This document shows positions 37,955 to 48,433 of a stretch of 64,000 nucleotides of DNA, in pieces; position 1 is the first letter of the stretch; every line of letters begins with the position of its first letter. The notes beneath the pieces are model-generated. The model saw nothing but the letters and a program-made list of their open reading frames with translations, was not told the origin of the DNA and ran no database searches. Source of the stretch: Candidatus Magasanikiibacteriota bacterium (GTDB lineage Bacteria > Patescibacteriota > Patescibacteriia > Magasanikbacterales > GWA2-37-8); NCBI GenBank assembly GCA_041666745.1, contig JBAYGI010000006.1, positions 3,474 to 67,473 of the forward strand. The letters are read 5' to 3'. The translations under genes were made by a program, and so were the position numbers.

Positions 37955-38350
37955 TTACCTTGTTAGCACTTTTGCGTTTTTCAATAATACTTTCACTTCA
38001 CCGCTAATCTCAGCAAATGTTTTCCCGACAATATTCGGCTTCGCCACAAAAAACAAATAATATCCTTCACGAATCGCCTCCCCCTTCATAATTTCCCGCA
38101 AAACCTCCACAATCTGTCTTTTTGCCCTATTACGCACAACCGCCTTTTTTGACACCTTCAATCCCACACTTACCGCCAACTTAAGCTGTTTTTTAAACTT
38201 ATCCACATCTTCTTTTGGCGGAAAATAAGCCTCGTTTTTGGCTAATTCCAATACTTTCAAACTCAAAAACTGGTTATTTACCCAATAACCGTGGTTTAAC
38301 ACCAAATTAAAGTCCCTCACCTTAGTTAAATGATTTTCTTTTTTATACAT
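37955..38350 (-). CDS. rnpA: RNase P protein component
   Basis: KRAVVRNRAKRQIVE basic motif. Lies in the rpmH-rnpA-yidD synteny. Confidence 0.75.
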   Translation of the reverse strand: MYKKENHLTKVRDFNLVLNHGYWVNNQFLSLKVLELAKNEAYFPPKEDVDKFKKQLKLAVSVGLKVSKKAVVRNRAKRQIVEVLREIMKGEAIREGYYLFFVAKPNIVGKTFAEISGEVKVLLKNAKVLTR

Positions 38351-38400
38351 ACTCTCATTATAGCAAAGAAAAACCCTCGTTTCAATCGAGGGTTTTGGTT

Positions 38401-38580
38401 TTAGTGTGCTTTTCTCAATAGTTTTCCTGATTTCTCATCAGAAACCGTTAATTTTTTGCGCCCCTTTGCGCGACGTCTGGAAAGTACTGTACGACCATTC
38501 TTGGTTGACATTCTTTCTAGAAAACCATGCGCCTTGGCACGATGTTTTTTACTTGGTTGATAAGTTCGTTTAGTTGCCAT
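38401..38580 (-). CDS. rpmH: 50S ribosomal protein L34
   Basis: Translated by hand: [30 protein letters not shown]... Absent from the ORF track because it is under 60 aa. Confidence 0.85.
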   Translation of the reverse strand: MATKRTYQPSKKHRAKAHGFLERMSTKNGRTVLSRRRAKGRKKLTVSDEKSGKLLRKAH

Positions 38581-38752
38581 ACCTTTTAATTTAATGTATT
38601 ATGCTGAATATATTACCACATTATTAGCTTTTAGTCAATAATCCACACAATCCACAACTTATCCACATACTTTGCACAGTTTTGTTGTTTACAACATTTG
38701 TGTTGATACATATCTGTGCTAAAATAACATAAAAGATTTAAAAAATCAACTT
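38581..38752. other. oriC, left part (DnaA boxes)
   Basis: TTATCCACA at 38661 plus aatccacac and aatccacaa variants between rpmH and dnaA. Confidence 0.6.
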
Positions 38753-40147
38753 ATGACCAACAATGAAATATGGCAGGCGGTTCTATCCGAATTAGAGCTG
38801 GTTATTTCCAAAGCAAACTTTAACACCTGGTTTAAAAACACTGGGATCGTTTCTTTTCAAGACGGACACGTTATTTTGTGCGTTCCAAACACCTTTAATC
38901 AGGCCTGGATTGAGAAAAAACACCACCACCAAATCATCCAGTCATTGGAAAGAATTACCGCCCTTCCTATCCGAAAGTTGGAATACAAAATTGAAAATAT
39001 CAAAAATATAGTAGAAAAAATCATCAACACATCCTCTACTCCTCAAGTTAGCGCGGAATCAGAAAAACCGCCGTCTTACGCTCAACAAATTAACCACGCT
39101 CCGGTGCCGGCTCATGGATTCAACATCAATCCAAAATATAATTTTGACAGTTTCGTGGTTGGCAAGGGGTCGGAGTTGGCTTTTACTGCCGCCAAGGCGG
39201 TCGCTGATCGCCCAGGAGAGGCCTACAACCCACTATTCATCTATGGTGGCGTCGGTCTAGGAAAAACCCATCTTTTACAAGCAGTTGGCAATGAGTTGCT
39301 TAAAAAAAATCCACAAACCAACATCTTATACGTTAGCGCTGAAAAATTTACCAATGATTTCATTACCTCTTTGCGCAGTGGTGGAGCAAGAGACTTCCAA
39401 AACCGCTACCGCACCATCGACGCCTTGTTGATCGATGATATCCAGTTTATTGCCGGTAAAGATGCCAGCCAAGAATCATTTTTTCATACTTTCAACGAAC
39501 TCCACCAAGCCAACAAACAGGTAATCCTCACCTCTGATCGCCCACCCAAAGCCATTCCCGCCCTTGAAGATCGTCTAAAATCCCGTTTTGAGTGGGGTAT
39601 GATTGTGGATGTTTCCGCTCCTGATTTTGAAACCAGAGTAGCAATTTTGGGTAAAAAATGCCAAGAAAAGAATTTCATTTTGGACGACAAAACACTCAAT
39701 ACCGTCGCCACTATTGTTCAAAGCAACATCCGCGAGCTCGAGGGAGCGTTAAATAAAATCATTGCTTTCCACCAACTAAAAAATATGGCTCCGACCGCCG
39801 AATCGGTAAAATCAATCCTTTCAAGTTTTGATTCGGCCTCGGCGAGGCGATCCGTCACTTCCCAACAAACCATCGAAACGGTTTGTACGTTTTTTAATGT
39901 TTCCATTGAAAATGTTTGTGGAAAAAGCCGAGAAAAGAAACTGTCTTATCCTCGTCAGATAATTATGTATATTTTACGAAATGACCTAAAAATGTCTTTC
40001 CCTTCCATTGGTGATGAACTGGGTGGACGCGACCATACTACCGCCATGCATGCCAACGAAAAAATCACCAAAGAAATTGACAATGATTTAAAACTAAAAC
40101 AAGAGTTGGAATTAATAAGACAGCGTTTGTATATTAATAATATATAA
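38753..40147 (+). CDS. dnaA: chromosomal replication initiator DnaA
   Basis: Walker A GGVGLGKTHLLQA, sensor motifs, and a C-terminal DNA-binding domain. Confidence 0.95.
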   Translation: MTNNEIWQAVLSELELVISKANFNTWFKNTGIVSFQDGHVILCVPNTFNQAWIEKKHHHQIIQSLERITALPIRKLEYKIENIKNIVEKIINTSSTPQVSAESEKPPSYAQQINHAPVPAHGFNINPKYNFDSFVVGKGSELAFTAAKAVADRPGEAYNPLFIYGGVGLGKTHLLQAVGNELLKKNPQTNILYVSAEKFTNDFITSLRSGGARDFQNRYRTIDALLIDDIQFIAGKDASQESFFHTFNELHQANKQVILTSDRPPKAIPALEDRLKSRFEWGMIVDVSAPDFETRVAILGKKCQEKNFILDDKTLNTVATIVQSNIRELEGALNKIIAFHQLKNMAPTAESVKSILSSFDSASARRSVTSQQTIETVCTFFNVSIENVCGKSREKKLSYPRQIIMYILRNDLKMSFPSIGDELGGRDHTTAMHANEKITKEIDNDLKLKQELELIRQRLYINNI

Positions 40148-40421
40148 AAAATAGTTTTGTTTCTTCGCTTAGTGGTGTGCAAAAGATGTTAACAAGTTGT
40201 GAATAATAAGCTAACAAAAACACCACTTATCAACAGTAAAAAATAAAATTAAAAAAAACACTTTTATCCCCACAGTTTTCCACCGAACTATTAAAAAATT
40301 ATCAACACTGTTTTTGGCTAATTTAAAAACAAAAAACGACTTATTAACTCTTTCCACAGCCTTATTACTATTATTATTTATATATATACTTAATTAAACA
40401 ACATAACCACACCTCTCAATT
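40148..40421. other. oriC, right part (DnaA-box variants plus AT-rich DUE)
   Basis: ttatccccaca, ttatcaaca x2, tgtgaataa, and an AT run ttattactattattatttatatatatac. Confidence 0.55.
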
Positions 40422-41546
40422 ATGAAAATAACCTGCACAAAAGAAAATTTATCAAAAGCCCTTTCGATTGTAGGAGGTATCGCCAACAAGAATACCACCC
40501 TCCCAATACTTGGTAATGTGTTGATTAAAGCCGACGATCAAAACACTGAAATAATCACCACCAACTTAGAGTTGGCTATAATTGCGCACATAAGATCAAA
40601 AGTAGACGAACCGGGGTCGTTTACTGTGCCGTCTAGAACAATAACCGATTTTGTTAGTTTGTTGTCTGACGAAAAAATAGAAATGGAGGTAAAAGAAAAC
40701 GAACTGGTAATAACCTGTGGAAAATCTTCCACAAAAATAAAAGGAACACCAGCCGACGAGTTTCCGGTTATTCCATCAGTAAATACCGGAAACGGATTTT
40801 TGTTTAATGCCGAACAATTAAAAAACGGACTTGGACAAACAGTTTCATCTTTGGCAAAATCAGAAATTAGACCGGAATTGTCCGGAATGTATTTTGGTTT
40901 TAATACCTCTTATTATGCCGGCCTTATAATGGCCGCCACAGATAGTTATCGACTGGCTGAGAAAAAAATAAAAATACTACAAGGTGAGGGCGAGTTTAAA
41001 ATTATTGTTCCAGGAAGAACAACACAGGAAATAATTCACATCTTGTCTTTGGCAGACAACGACGAACAAGAAAAAAACGTCAGAGTTTTGGTTGGAGAAA
41101 ACCAAATTGCGATGCATTATGGAAACATTCAATTAGTCTCTCGTTTGGTTGAAGGCAACTATCCTGATTATGCTCAAATAATACCAAAAGAATTTAAAAC
41201 CTCCGCGGTGTTTGACACCAACAAAATGAGCAAAGAGATAAAGATGGCCAGTTTGTTTACTACCATTGGTGTAAACGCCATATCTTGTCAAATAAACAGT
41301 CGAGAGGGTGTGATGAAGCTTGCCTCTACGTCTTCTCAGACGGGAGAATACAGTTCTGAAATAAGCGCGGAAATAAACGGCGACGATAATTCGATAATGT
41401 TAAACCACCGTTATGTTTTGGATGGCTTAAATAACATAAAATCAGAAATGAGCACAATTAAAATAATAAACGCCGATAGTCCGTGTTTGTTTGTGCCAAG
41501 CAACGACGATAGTTTTGTTTATATAGTAATGCCAATAAGACAATAG
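40422..41546 (+). CDS. dnaN: DNA polymerase III beta sliding clamp
   Basis: MKITCTKENLSKAL... with three-domain length. Confidence 0.9.
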   Translation: MKITCTKENLSKALSIVGGIANKNTTLPILGNVLIKADDQNTEIITTNLELAIIAHIRSKVDEPGSFTVPSRTITDFVSLLSDEKIEMEVKENELVITCGKSSTKIKGTPADEFPVIPSVNTGNGFLFNAEQLKNGLGQTVSSLAKSEIRPELSGMYFGFNTSYYAGLIMAATDSYRLAEKKIKILQGEGEFKIIVPGRTTQEIIHILSLADNDEQEKNVRVLVGENQIAMHYGNIQLVSRLVEGNYPDYAQIIPKEFKTSAVFDTNKMSKEIKMASLFTTIGVNAISCQINSREGVMKLASTSSQTGEYSSEISAEINGDDNSIMLNHRYVLDGLNNIKSEMSTIKIINADSPCLFVPSNDDSFVYIVMPIRQ

Positions 41547-41562
41547 ACTGTTTTTTTGTTTT

Positions 41563-42144
41563 ATGTTTACTGGAATTATAGAAAATTTAGGAAAATTAGA
41601 AAAAAAAGATAACGCAAATTTTGTTTTTTCGTCTGATTTGGTTTTTTGTAATAAAATTAAAAAGGGCACCAGCGTATCGATCAACGGTGTGTGTCTGACA
41701 GTTGTAAGAAAACCAACCAAGACCAGTTTTTCTGTGGACGTAATGCCGGAAACACAAAACAAAACCATGTTGGGGAGGTTAAAAAATAAAGATGCGGTAA
41801 ACTTGGAGCTTCCAGCGACAATAAATACTTTTTTATCCGGACATATTGTTCAAGGACATGTGGATGGAACCGGAATTTTAAAATCTATAAAAATAGTTGG
41901 AAATAGTAGTGTTTTAAAAATTCAAACAAACAAAGAGATTCTTGAATATGTAGTAAAAAAAGGATCAGTAGCCATAAACGGAATTTCTCTCACCGTAGTA
42001 TCGGTTGGAAAAAATTATTTTACAACAGCGATAATTCCGTTTACTTTGGAAAATACCATGTTGTCAGATATTAAAATCGGTGACTGGTTAAACATCGAAA
42101 CCGATATTTTAGGAAAATATTTAAAAAAGTTTTTAAATAAATAA
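41563..42144 (+). CDS. ribE: riboflavin synthase
   Basis: MFTGIIENLG and duplicated lumazine-binding halves. Confidence 0.85.
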   Translation: MFTGIIENLGKLEKKDNANFVFSSDLVFCNKIKKGTSVSINGVCLTVVRKPTKTSFSVDVMPETQNKTMLGRLKNKDAVNLELPATINTFLSGHIVQGHVDGTGILKSIKIVGNSSVLKIQTNKEILEYVVKKGSVAINGISLTVVSVGKNYFTTAIIPFTLENTMLSDIKIGDWLNIETDILGKYLKKFLNK

Positions 42145-42154
42145 ACTAAATTTT

Positions 42155-42598
42155 ATGAAAACAACAAAAGAACTCAAAATTGCAATAGTGAGTGGTGCTT
42201 TTTGGGAAGAAATTGTTGAAAATTTAGAAAAGCACTGTCTAGAAACATTGGTTCGAAAAGGTCTAGACGAATCGCAGGTAGAAATTTTTAGAGTACCAGG
42301 GTCATTTGAAATACCCTTGGCGGTAAAAAAACTAGCCCAAAAAAATATTTATGACGCGATAATTACTTTTGGCGCTATTCACAAAGGCAAAACATATCAT
42401 TTTGAGTTGATTGCCAACGAGTGTGCCCGAGCGTGTATGAATGTCTCCTTAGAGTGTGGTGTGCCGGTAATTTTTGAAGTATTGGCGGTCTATGATATCC
42501 AAGACGCGATCGATCGATCCACTCAAATAAAAGAAAACCGTGGAGTGGAGGCGGCCAACGCGGCCCTGTCCATGATTTCCGTTTTAGGCGGAATGTAG
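42155..42598 (+). CDS. ribH: 6,7-dimethyl-8-ribityllumazine synthase
   Basis: Conserved core. Confidence 0.85.
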   Translation: MKTTKELKIAIVSGAFWEEIVENLEKHCLETLVRKGLDESQVEIFRVPGSFEIPLAVKKLAQKNIYDAIITFGAIHKGKTYHFELIANECARACMNVSLECGVPVIFEVLAVYDIQDAIDRSTQIKENRGVEAANAALSMISVLGGM

Positions 42599-42609
42599 GG
42601 AAGAAAACA

Positions 42610-45357
42610 TTATTTTATTTCAACGGTCAGACTTTTTTCTTCAGTCTGTCCGTTTTTGTTTACGAGAGTTCCTTTTAGTGTATATTGTCCGGCGCCCGGA
42701 AAATTTTTCCAGATAAATTCCAACAAACCAGCATCGGTGAGGGTGTCTTCTTTGTGATTAAAGTCAAAAATATTTTTAGCAACACCTTTGGAGTTGATGA
42801 GTTGAATTTTTATATTTTTTATTTCATCCCAAAGGATCGGTTTTAGTTGAACGGCCTTTGGAAAATCTTCTTTGGATATTTTTATGTTTGTGCCGTCCAC
42901 CCAACTAAACGTAGCTGGATCAAACGGTGTGTTGACTGAGAAAACAATTTGTGTTTGACCGGCATTTCCCTGGTCATCTATAGCAGAAACTTTTAACACA
43001 TGTTGTATTGAATAAAGTTTGCTAAAAGTGTAAGAAAAACCAAACGGAAACACCTCACTAGAACCAACCTGTTCATTATCTATGAAATAAAAAACCTGTT
43101 TTATTCCGCGCGGAGCCGTGGCTTTTACTTCGATGTTTATTTGTCTGCCATTGATTGTTTCGTTGTGCATTGGTGATATTATCTGGACATGTGGAATTAA
43201 TTCCGGATTGTAGTTGGAATCGTCATATTCTGTTGGTGGTTCTTCGAATGAAATTTCACGACCGTTGTTACTTTCTCTTTGTGCCCATTCGCGTAGAGAG
43301 TTTTCCCAATTTTCATATTGTGGGTCTACAGCAGGGTCAACAGGCATTGGTCCACGTGGATCATTTTTGTCCACATAATACAAAATATCATGTGGTGGTA
43401 AGTATGTTTTTTCAACAACCACTGCCGGCGGTGTAGAAGAAGTGGCGATACGCCCATTTACGCTATTTATTTTTAATTTTATTCCGCCATCTGATCCACG
43501 CAAAACCGGTTTGGTGGCATCGTTTTCTGGTGGAGTTGGAAAGGTTTCCGGCGGGGTGTTTTTTGTTGCTTCGCGCATAAACTGATTCCAAATCAAACCA
43601 GCCAAAGTGTTGCCCCCACCTTTCATCGGTGAAGGTTTGGTGTTGCCTACCCACACACCCGTTGCTATCGAAGGGGTATACCCCATTGTCCAAGCATCTT
43701 TGTAATCGTTGGTGGTACCGGTTTTTGCCGCGACCGCTCTGTCGGGCAAAGTAAGCGATCCATTTCTGCCAAACATATAAGCGCGAGCAATATCATCAGT
43801 TAGTACGCCGGTAATAGTTGCAGCTATTTCTGGTTTTACCGCCTCAATTCCCACGGTTTCTTTCCACTGTAAAATTACACTTTCTTTTGGGTCGGTAACT
43901 TTTAGAATACTAACTGGGGTGTGGTAGCTTCCATTATCAGCTAAAGTAGCATAAGCATTTGTATGTTCAAGTAAATTTACTTCAGCACCACCCAATACCA
44001 AAGTTAATCCAGGATCACCGGTAAAAGTGGTATATCCAAATCGTTTGGCAAATTCGATGGTTTCTTTTGTTCCAACCAAATACAGAGCCTTTACCGCTGG
44101 AATATTTAAGGATCCTTGCAGGGATTTGCGAAGTGTTACCAACCCATGTTCTTTGCCATCATAATTTTTTGGAGTGTAGTTTCCGTTGGTGCGCTGATCA
44201 AAGTTTGTTATGGTGTCATATACAACAGTGTCCGGTGTAAAACCCTTTTCAAAAGCGGCGGTATAAACAAATGGTTTAAACGAAGATCCAGGTTGGCGTT
44301 TTCCAAGTGTCGCCACATTAAATTGACCGTCGATTTCTTCATTCTCAAAATCACGCGAACCAACCATGGCCAATATTTGTCCGGTTTTAGGATCAATAGC
44401 CACCAAAGCGGCATTGTTGGCGTTGGATTGTTTGGCAAATTTATCTCCATTTTCCTTGACTATTTTTTCAGCCGCCTTTTGTTTGTCATAATCTATCGTG
44501 GTGATTACTTTCAAACCACCGTCGTCAACTAGTTTTTCTCCAAACTGATCGGCCAACAATTGTTTTACATACAAAACAAAATGTGGGGCATCCATAATAC
44601 TGTTGCCTTTGTAAATTCTCAACGCTTCATTTTGGGATTGAGTTTTTTCTTCCAGTGTAATGTATCCCTGTTCGCTCATCAAACGTAAAACTGTATCGCG
44701 ACGATTGCGCAAAGTATTGATATCGTTTAAATATCTACTAGGAGCCTGAATTAGGGCGGCCAGAGTAGCCGATTCTGACAAGCTGATATCTTTTGCGCTC
44801 TTATGAAAATAACTTTGACTGGCGGCCTCTACACCATAATTGGTGGATCCAAAAGGCACCTCGTTTAAATACATTTTTATAATCTCGTCTTTTGAATATT
44901 TCTTTTCCAAACGCAATGCCAATATCGCCTCTTTGATTTTTCTAAAAATAGAACGCTCATCCCCCACCACCGTATTTTTGATCAGCTGTTGAGTTATGGT
45001 AGATGCTCCACCGGACCCTGCTTTTCTTCCAATTAAATTATTAAAACCCGCCCGCATTATACTTAATACTGCCACCCCACTATGTTCGTAGAATTTTTTG
45101 TCCTCAATGGAGATTATGGCTTTTGGTAAAAGTGGCAACATCTGATCTAACCCAACCAATGTCCTTTTTTGGTTTTGATAAACCTCGTACAACAAATGCT
45201 CACCGGTGCGGTCGTATATTTTGGTACTTTGAGATATTTGGCGGTCACTTAGACGGTTTGGGTCTGGTAGATCTTTACTTATCCAAACCACCAATATTGT
45301 GCTCAATACAAACCCGGCCAAAATTACTGCGCCGGCAATTATAAAAATTTTTTTCAT
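42610..45357 (-). CDS. penicillin-binding protein 1A (GT51 plus transpeptidase) with a C-terminal extension
   Basis: GT51 motifs and SSFKP, SLN, KTGTTND. Confidence 0.9.
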   Translation of the reverse strand: MKKIFIIAGAVILAGFVLSTILVVWISKDLPDPNRLSDRQISQSTKIYDRTGEHLLYEVYQNQKRTLVGLDQMLPLLPKAIISIEDKKFYEHSGVAVLSIMRAGFNNLIGRKAGSGGASTITQQLIKNTVVGDERSIFRKIKEAILALRLEKKYSKDEIIKMYLNEVPFGSTNYGVEAASQSYFHKSAKDISLSESATLAALIQAPSRYLNDINTLRNRRDTVLRLMSEQGYITLEEKTQSQNEALRIYKGNSIMDAPHFVLYVKQLLADQFGEKLVDDGGLKVITTIDYDKQKAAEKIVKENGDKFAKQSNANNAALVAIDPKTGQILAMVGSRDFENEEIDGQFNVATLGKRQPGSSFKPFVYTAAFEKGFTPDTVVYDTITNFDQRTNGNYTPKNYDGKEHGLVTLRKSLQGSLNIPAVKALYLVGTKETIEFAKRFGYTTFTGDPGLTLVLGGAEVNLLEHTNAYATLADNGSYHTPVSILKVTDPKESVILQWKETVGIEAVKPEIAATITGVLTDDIARAYMFGRNGSLTLPDRAVAAKTGTTNDYKDAWTMGYTPSIATGVWVGNTKPSPMKGGGNTLAGLIWNQFMREATKNTPPETFPTPPENDATKPVLRGSDGGIKLKINSVNGRIATSSTPPAVVVEKTYLPPHDILYYVDKNDPRGPMPVDPAVDPQYENWENSLREWAQRESNNGREISFEEPPTEYDDSNYNPELIPHVQIISPMHNETINGRQINIEVKATAPRGIKQVFYFIDNEQVGSSEVFPFGFSYTFSKLYSIQHVLKVSAIDDQGNAGQTQIVFSVNTPFDPATFSWVDGTNIKISKEDFPKAVQLKPILWDEIKNIKIQLINSKGVAKNIFDFNHKEDTLTDAGLLEFIWKNFPGAGQYTLKGTLVNKNGQTEEKSLTVEIK

Positions 45358-45403
45358 GAAGTTTTGGTTAAAATCCTTTTAATTATACTACGCCCCCTTG
45401 CTA

Positions 45404-45433
45404 TTGACAAATTTGCCTTTTTGAGCTATACTA
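45404..45433 (+). promoter_or_regulatory. promoter TTGACA-17-TATACT
   Basis: Consensus hexamers, followed by an AGAGGAGG RBS and a 6-codon uORF MDIFFN at 45464-45484. Confidence 0.45.
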
Positions 45434-45515
45434 AGGCGTTATGAAAGAGGAGGTATCTTATATGGATATCTTTTTTAATTAACAGAAAGTGGCTAGTGTT
45501 AGCCAAAAAAACAAA

Positions 45516-46043
45516 ATGAACAAGCTAAAAACAATCAATTTTTCTCTTATTATAGCCATTTTAGTGGTAGAAGCTTTGCTTCCTGTCATGGTAATGGCCA
45601 AAGGAACTGATATTTTGGCTAACTTTACAAAGAAAGAGCTAACGATTTCTGAAAGCTATGAAGGTAAGCTATTCCACTTGACAAAGGATGTCAAGGCTCC
45701 AAACAAGACAGTAATGACTGTTTTGACCTCATATACTAGTACTCCGGACCAAACTGACGATTCTCCGTTTATTGCGGCTTCTGGGAAACATGTTTATGAT
45801 GGTATGGTAGCCGCCAACTGGTTACCGATGGGCACTAAAATCAAAATCCCTTCTCTTTATGGTGAAAAAGTTTTTACCGTAGATGATCGTATGAATTCCC
45901 GCTATGGCTACGGCCGTATGGATATTTGGTTGGATACTTCACGCGCGGAAGCCAGAAAATTTGGTGTTAAGCGCGCAATCGTTGAAGTGTATTTTGCCGA
46001 GGCTCCTATCAAAATCAAAGTCGCCAAGATTGATCGTACTTAA
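45516..46043 (+). CDS. 3D-domain (MltA/YuiC-like) cell-wall protein
   Basis: Signal/TM then the 3D domain IAASGKHVYDGMVAANWLPMGTKIKIP...DDRMNSRYGYGRMDIWLD. Start taken at ATG 45516 rather than the ORF-track GTG at 45489. Confidence 0.55.
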   Translation: MNKLKTINFSLIIAILVVEALLPVMVMAKGTDILANFTKKELTISESYEGKLFHLTKDVKAPNKTVMTVLTSYTSTPDQTDDSPFIAASGKHVYDGMVAANWLPMGTKIKIPSLYGEKVFTVDDRMNSRYGYGRMDIWLDTSRAEARKFGVKRAIVEVYFAEAPIKIKVAKIDRT

Positions 46044-46049
46044 AAAAAC

Positions 46050-46081
46050 TTCAAAAAGCATCCCACAAAGGATGCTTTTTT
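46050..46081. terminator. bidirectional terminator aaaaagcatcc...ggatgcttttt
   Basis: Seen directly. Confidence 0.5.
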
Positions 46082-47591
46082 AGTTGTTGTGTTTTACTCG
46101 AAACTGCAGAGCCTCCGCTAGATGGTTTAAAGAAATGTTTTTTTCATTGGCCAAATCGGCAATCGTACGGGATATTTTTAAAATTCGATTATAGGCGCGA
46201 GCGGATAAATGCATTTTGTCTACCGCCTCGCCAAGTAAATTTAAGGAGTCGGAATTTAATTGACAGTATTTTTTTATTTCATTATTTCCCATTTCAGCAT
46301 TGGTGGTTATGTTTGTGTCAAAAAAACGCGCCCGTTGAATTTTTCTGGCACACTCTACACGTTTGCGAATATCAGCGGACGGCTCACCGTTTTCAGTTGA
46401 CGAGAGTTTTTCAAATCTTAGTCTTGGAACTTCCACGTGTAAATCGATGCGATCCAAAATTGGACCACTAATTTTCTTTTGGTATTTTAATAAAGTTGAT
46501 GCTGAACAATTACAATATTGTTCGGGGTCACTGGCATAACCGCACGGACAAGGATTTTGGCTGGCAACCAAAATAAATAATGCCGGAAATTGGATACTAC
46601 CGCGAGCGCGTGAAATAGATATCGTGCCATCCTCGAGTGGTTGTCGAAGTGCTTCCAAAACACCCCGATTAAATTCTGGAAATTCATCCAAAAACAAAAC
46701 ACCACGATGTGCCAAAGATATTTCTCCGGGACGTGGGTGTGATCCGCCGCCTACCAAAGCCACGTTTGAAATAGAATGATGTGGTGAACGAAATGGACGC
46801 TTTCGAATTAAACCTCCGCGCAACAATCCAGCGATAGAATAAATTTTTGTAATTTCCAAAGTTTCTTTTTCGGTGAGTGAAGGTAGTATGGTTGGCAGTG
46901 TACGCGCCAACAAAGTTTTTCCGGAACCGGGTGGACCGGAAAGTAAAATATTGTGTCCACCACTAGCCGCAATTTCAAGTGCGCGCTTGGTAAATTCCTG
47001 ACCTTTTATTTGCGACATATCCAGACTAAATATTTCTTCGTCCGGTAAGTTATTTTTTTTAATAAACAATTCGATTGTTTTCTCTCCAATGATATGTTCG
47101 ACAACCTCTTTCAAAGTTTTGGCTGGCAAAACATTTATTCCGTCTATCAGCGAAGCCTCATCTGCGTTTTCTTGTGGAACTATTATATTTTTTATATCTT
47201 TTTCTTTGGCAAACAAAGCAATCGGTAGGACGCCGTTTACCGCGCGCAACGAACCGTCGAGTGCTAGTTCGCCGATCATCAAAGTATCCTCGGTGTTTTG
47301 TTCTTTTCCAAGACTAGCCAAAACAATGCCAACCGCCATTGGTAAATCATAAGCCGGACCCTCTTTGTGCAGATTGGCCGGGGCCAAATTTATTAGAATT
47401 CTAAAATTAAAAGGATATTTGTATCCTGAATTTTTTATAGCTGAATGTATTCTGTCCTTTGCCTCTTGGATTGAAGTGTCGGTAAGACCGATGATGCCAA
47501 AATTAGTTTGGCCTTTGTTGATGTCAACCTCCACCTCCACCGGCAAACAGCTCAACCCGACAGGAGCCGCCGACCGAAGTTTGACAAACAT
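46080..47591 (-). CDS. comM: YifB/ComM Mg-chelatase-like AAA+ ATPase
   Basis: Lon-like N-terminus, Walker A GPPGSGKT, ChlI-type AAA core. Confidence 0.85.
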   Translation of the reverse strand: MFVKLRSAAPVGLSCLPVEVEVDINKGQTNFGIIGLTDTSIQEAKDRIHSAIKNSGYKYPFNFRILINLAPANLHKEGPAYDLPMAVGIVLASLGKEQNTEDTLMIGELALDGSLRAVNGVLPIALFAKEKDIKNIIVPQENADEASLIDGINVLPAKTLKEVVEHIIGEKTIELFIKKNNLPDEEIFSLDMSQIKGQEFTKRALEIAASGGHNILLSGPPGSGKTLLARTLPTILPSLTEKETLEITKIYSIAGLLRGGLIRKRPFRSPHHSISNVALVGGGSHPRPGEISLAHRGVLFLDEFPEFNRGVLEALRQPLEDGTISISRARGSIQFPALFILVASQNPCPCGYASDPEQYCNCSASTLLKYQKKISGPILDRIDLHVEVPRLRFEKLSSTENGEPSADIRKRVECARKIQRARFFDTNITTNAEMGNNEIKKYCQLNSDSLNLLGEAVDKMHLSARAYNRILKISRTIADLANEKNISLNHLAEALQFRVKHNN

Positions 47592-47593
47592 AA

Positions 47594-48040
47594 TTACGAT
47601 TTAAAAAATTTATGCGGTAATAGATAAAAGATAAAACCGGCCACAATTAAAACATCGGCGAGGTTGATCACGCCGGTGCCAATTAAAAAATAATCAATAG
47701 TAGTTTTGTAAATTACTCGATCAATCAAATTCGACATCGCCCCCCAAAAAATAAAAGACAATCCAATAAAAAAATTCAGATGAGTTGGGCGAAAAAAGTA
47801 TTTTATCAAAAGCCAAGCGATAATTAGTATTATCGGTATCGTAAAAAGTATTGTTGCAATATTTGGTAAAGGCAAACTAAACGCCACGCCATGATTTTGA
47901 AACGGATTCCAACCAAAAAATTTTAAAACAATGAATTTGTTTGTAAAAACACGCAAAGATAAAAATTTTATTATTTGATCAAGGCAAAATAAAAAAAAGC
48001 CCACAATAAAAACAATTAATTGTAGGCTTTTGGTTTGCAT
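47594..48040 (-). CDS. lspA: lipoprotein signal peptidase II
   Basis: NHGVAFS, GAMSNLIDR and INLADV boxes. Confidence 0.75.
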   Translation of the reverse strand: MQTKSLQLIVFIVGFFLFCLDQIIKFLSLRVFTNKFIVLKFFGWNPFQNHGVAFSLPLPNIATILFTIPIILIIAWLLIKYFFRPTHLNFFIGLSFIFWGAMSNLIDRVIYKTTIDYFLIGTGVINLADVLIVAGFIFYLLPHKFFKS

Positions 48041-48046
48041 GTTGAA

Positions 48047-48433
48047 TTAAATTTCCTGAGTGATGGCCTTTTTGCAGGAAACACAAGCGTTGGAAGTCGG
48101 ACGGGCGGTCAGTCGTTTTTCGTCGATTGGTTTTTTGCAATATTTGCAAATTCCGTATGTGCCATCCTCCAAACGTTTGAGTGATTGGTTGATATCGCGT
48201 AAAGTTTTTTCAAAACTTTCTTCCAATGGAACTTCGGCAGCGTACTCTGCCACTTCGGCGGCATTTTCGTCGTCTTTGTCGCCGTATTCCGGGTAGTTGC
48301 TGTTGTAATCACCGGAAACACGAGTATTTTTTTTGGTAAATTTGCTCAACTCTTTTTCAACAGTCTCTTTTTCCTGTTGGAGTAATATTTTTATTTTAGC
48401 AACAAAATCTTTGTTAAAAGTCGTTTTAGCCAT
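48047..48433 (-). CDS. DksA/TraR-family C4 zinc-finger protein
   Basis: CKYC...CVSC and an acidic coiled-coil. Confidence 0.65.
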   Translation of the reverse strand: MAKTTFNKDFVAKIKILLQQEKETVEKELSKFTKKNTRVSGDYNSNYPEYGDKDDENAAEVAEYAAEVPLEESFEKTLRDINQSLKRLEDGTYGICKYCKKPIDEKRLTARPTSNACVSCKKAITQEI

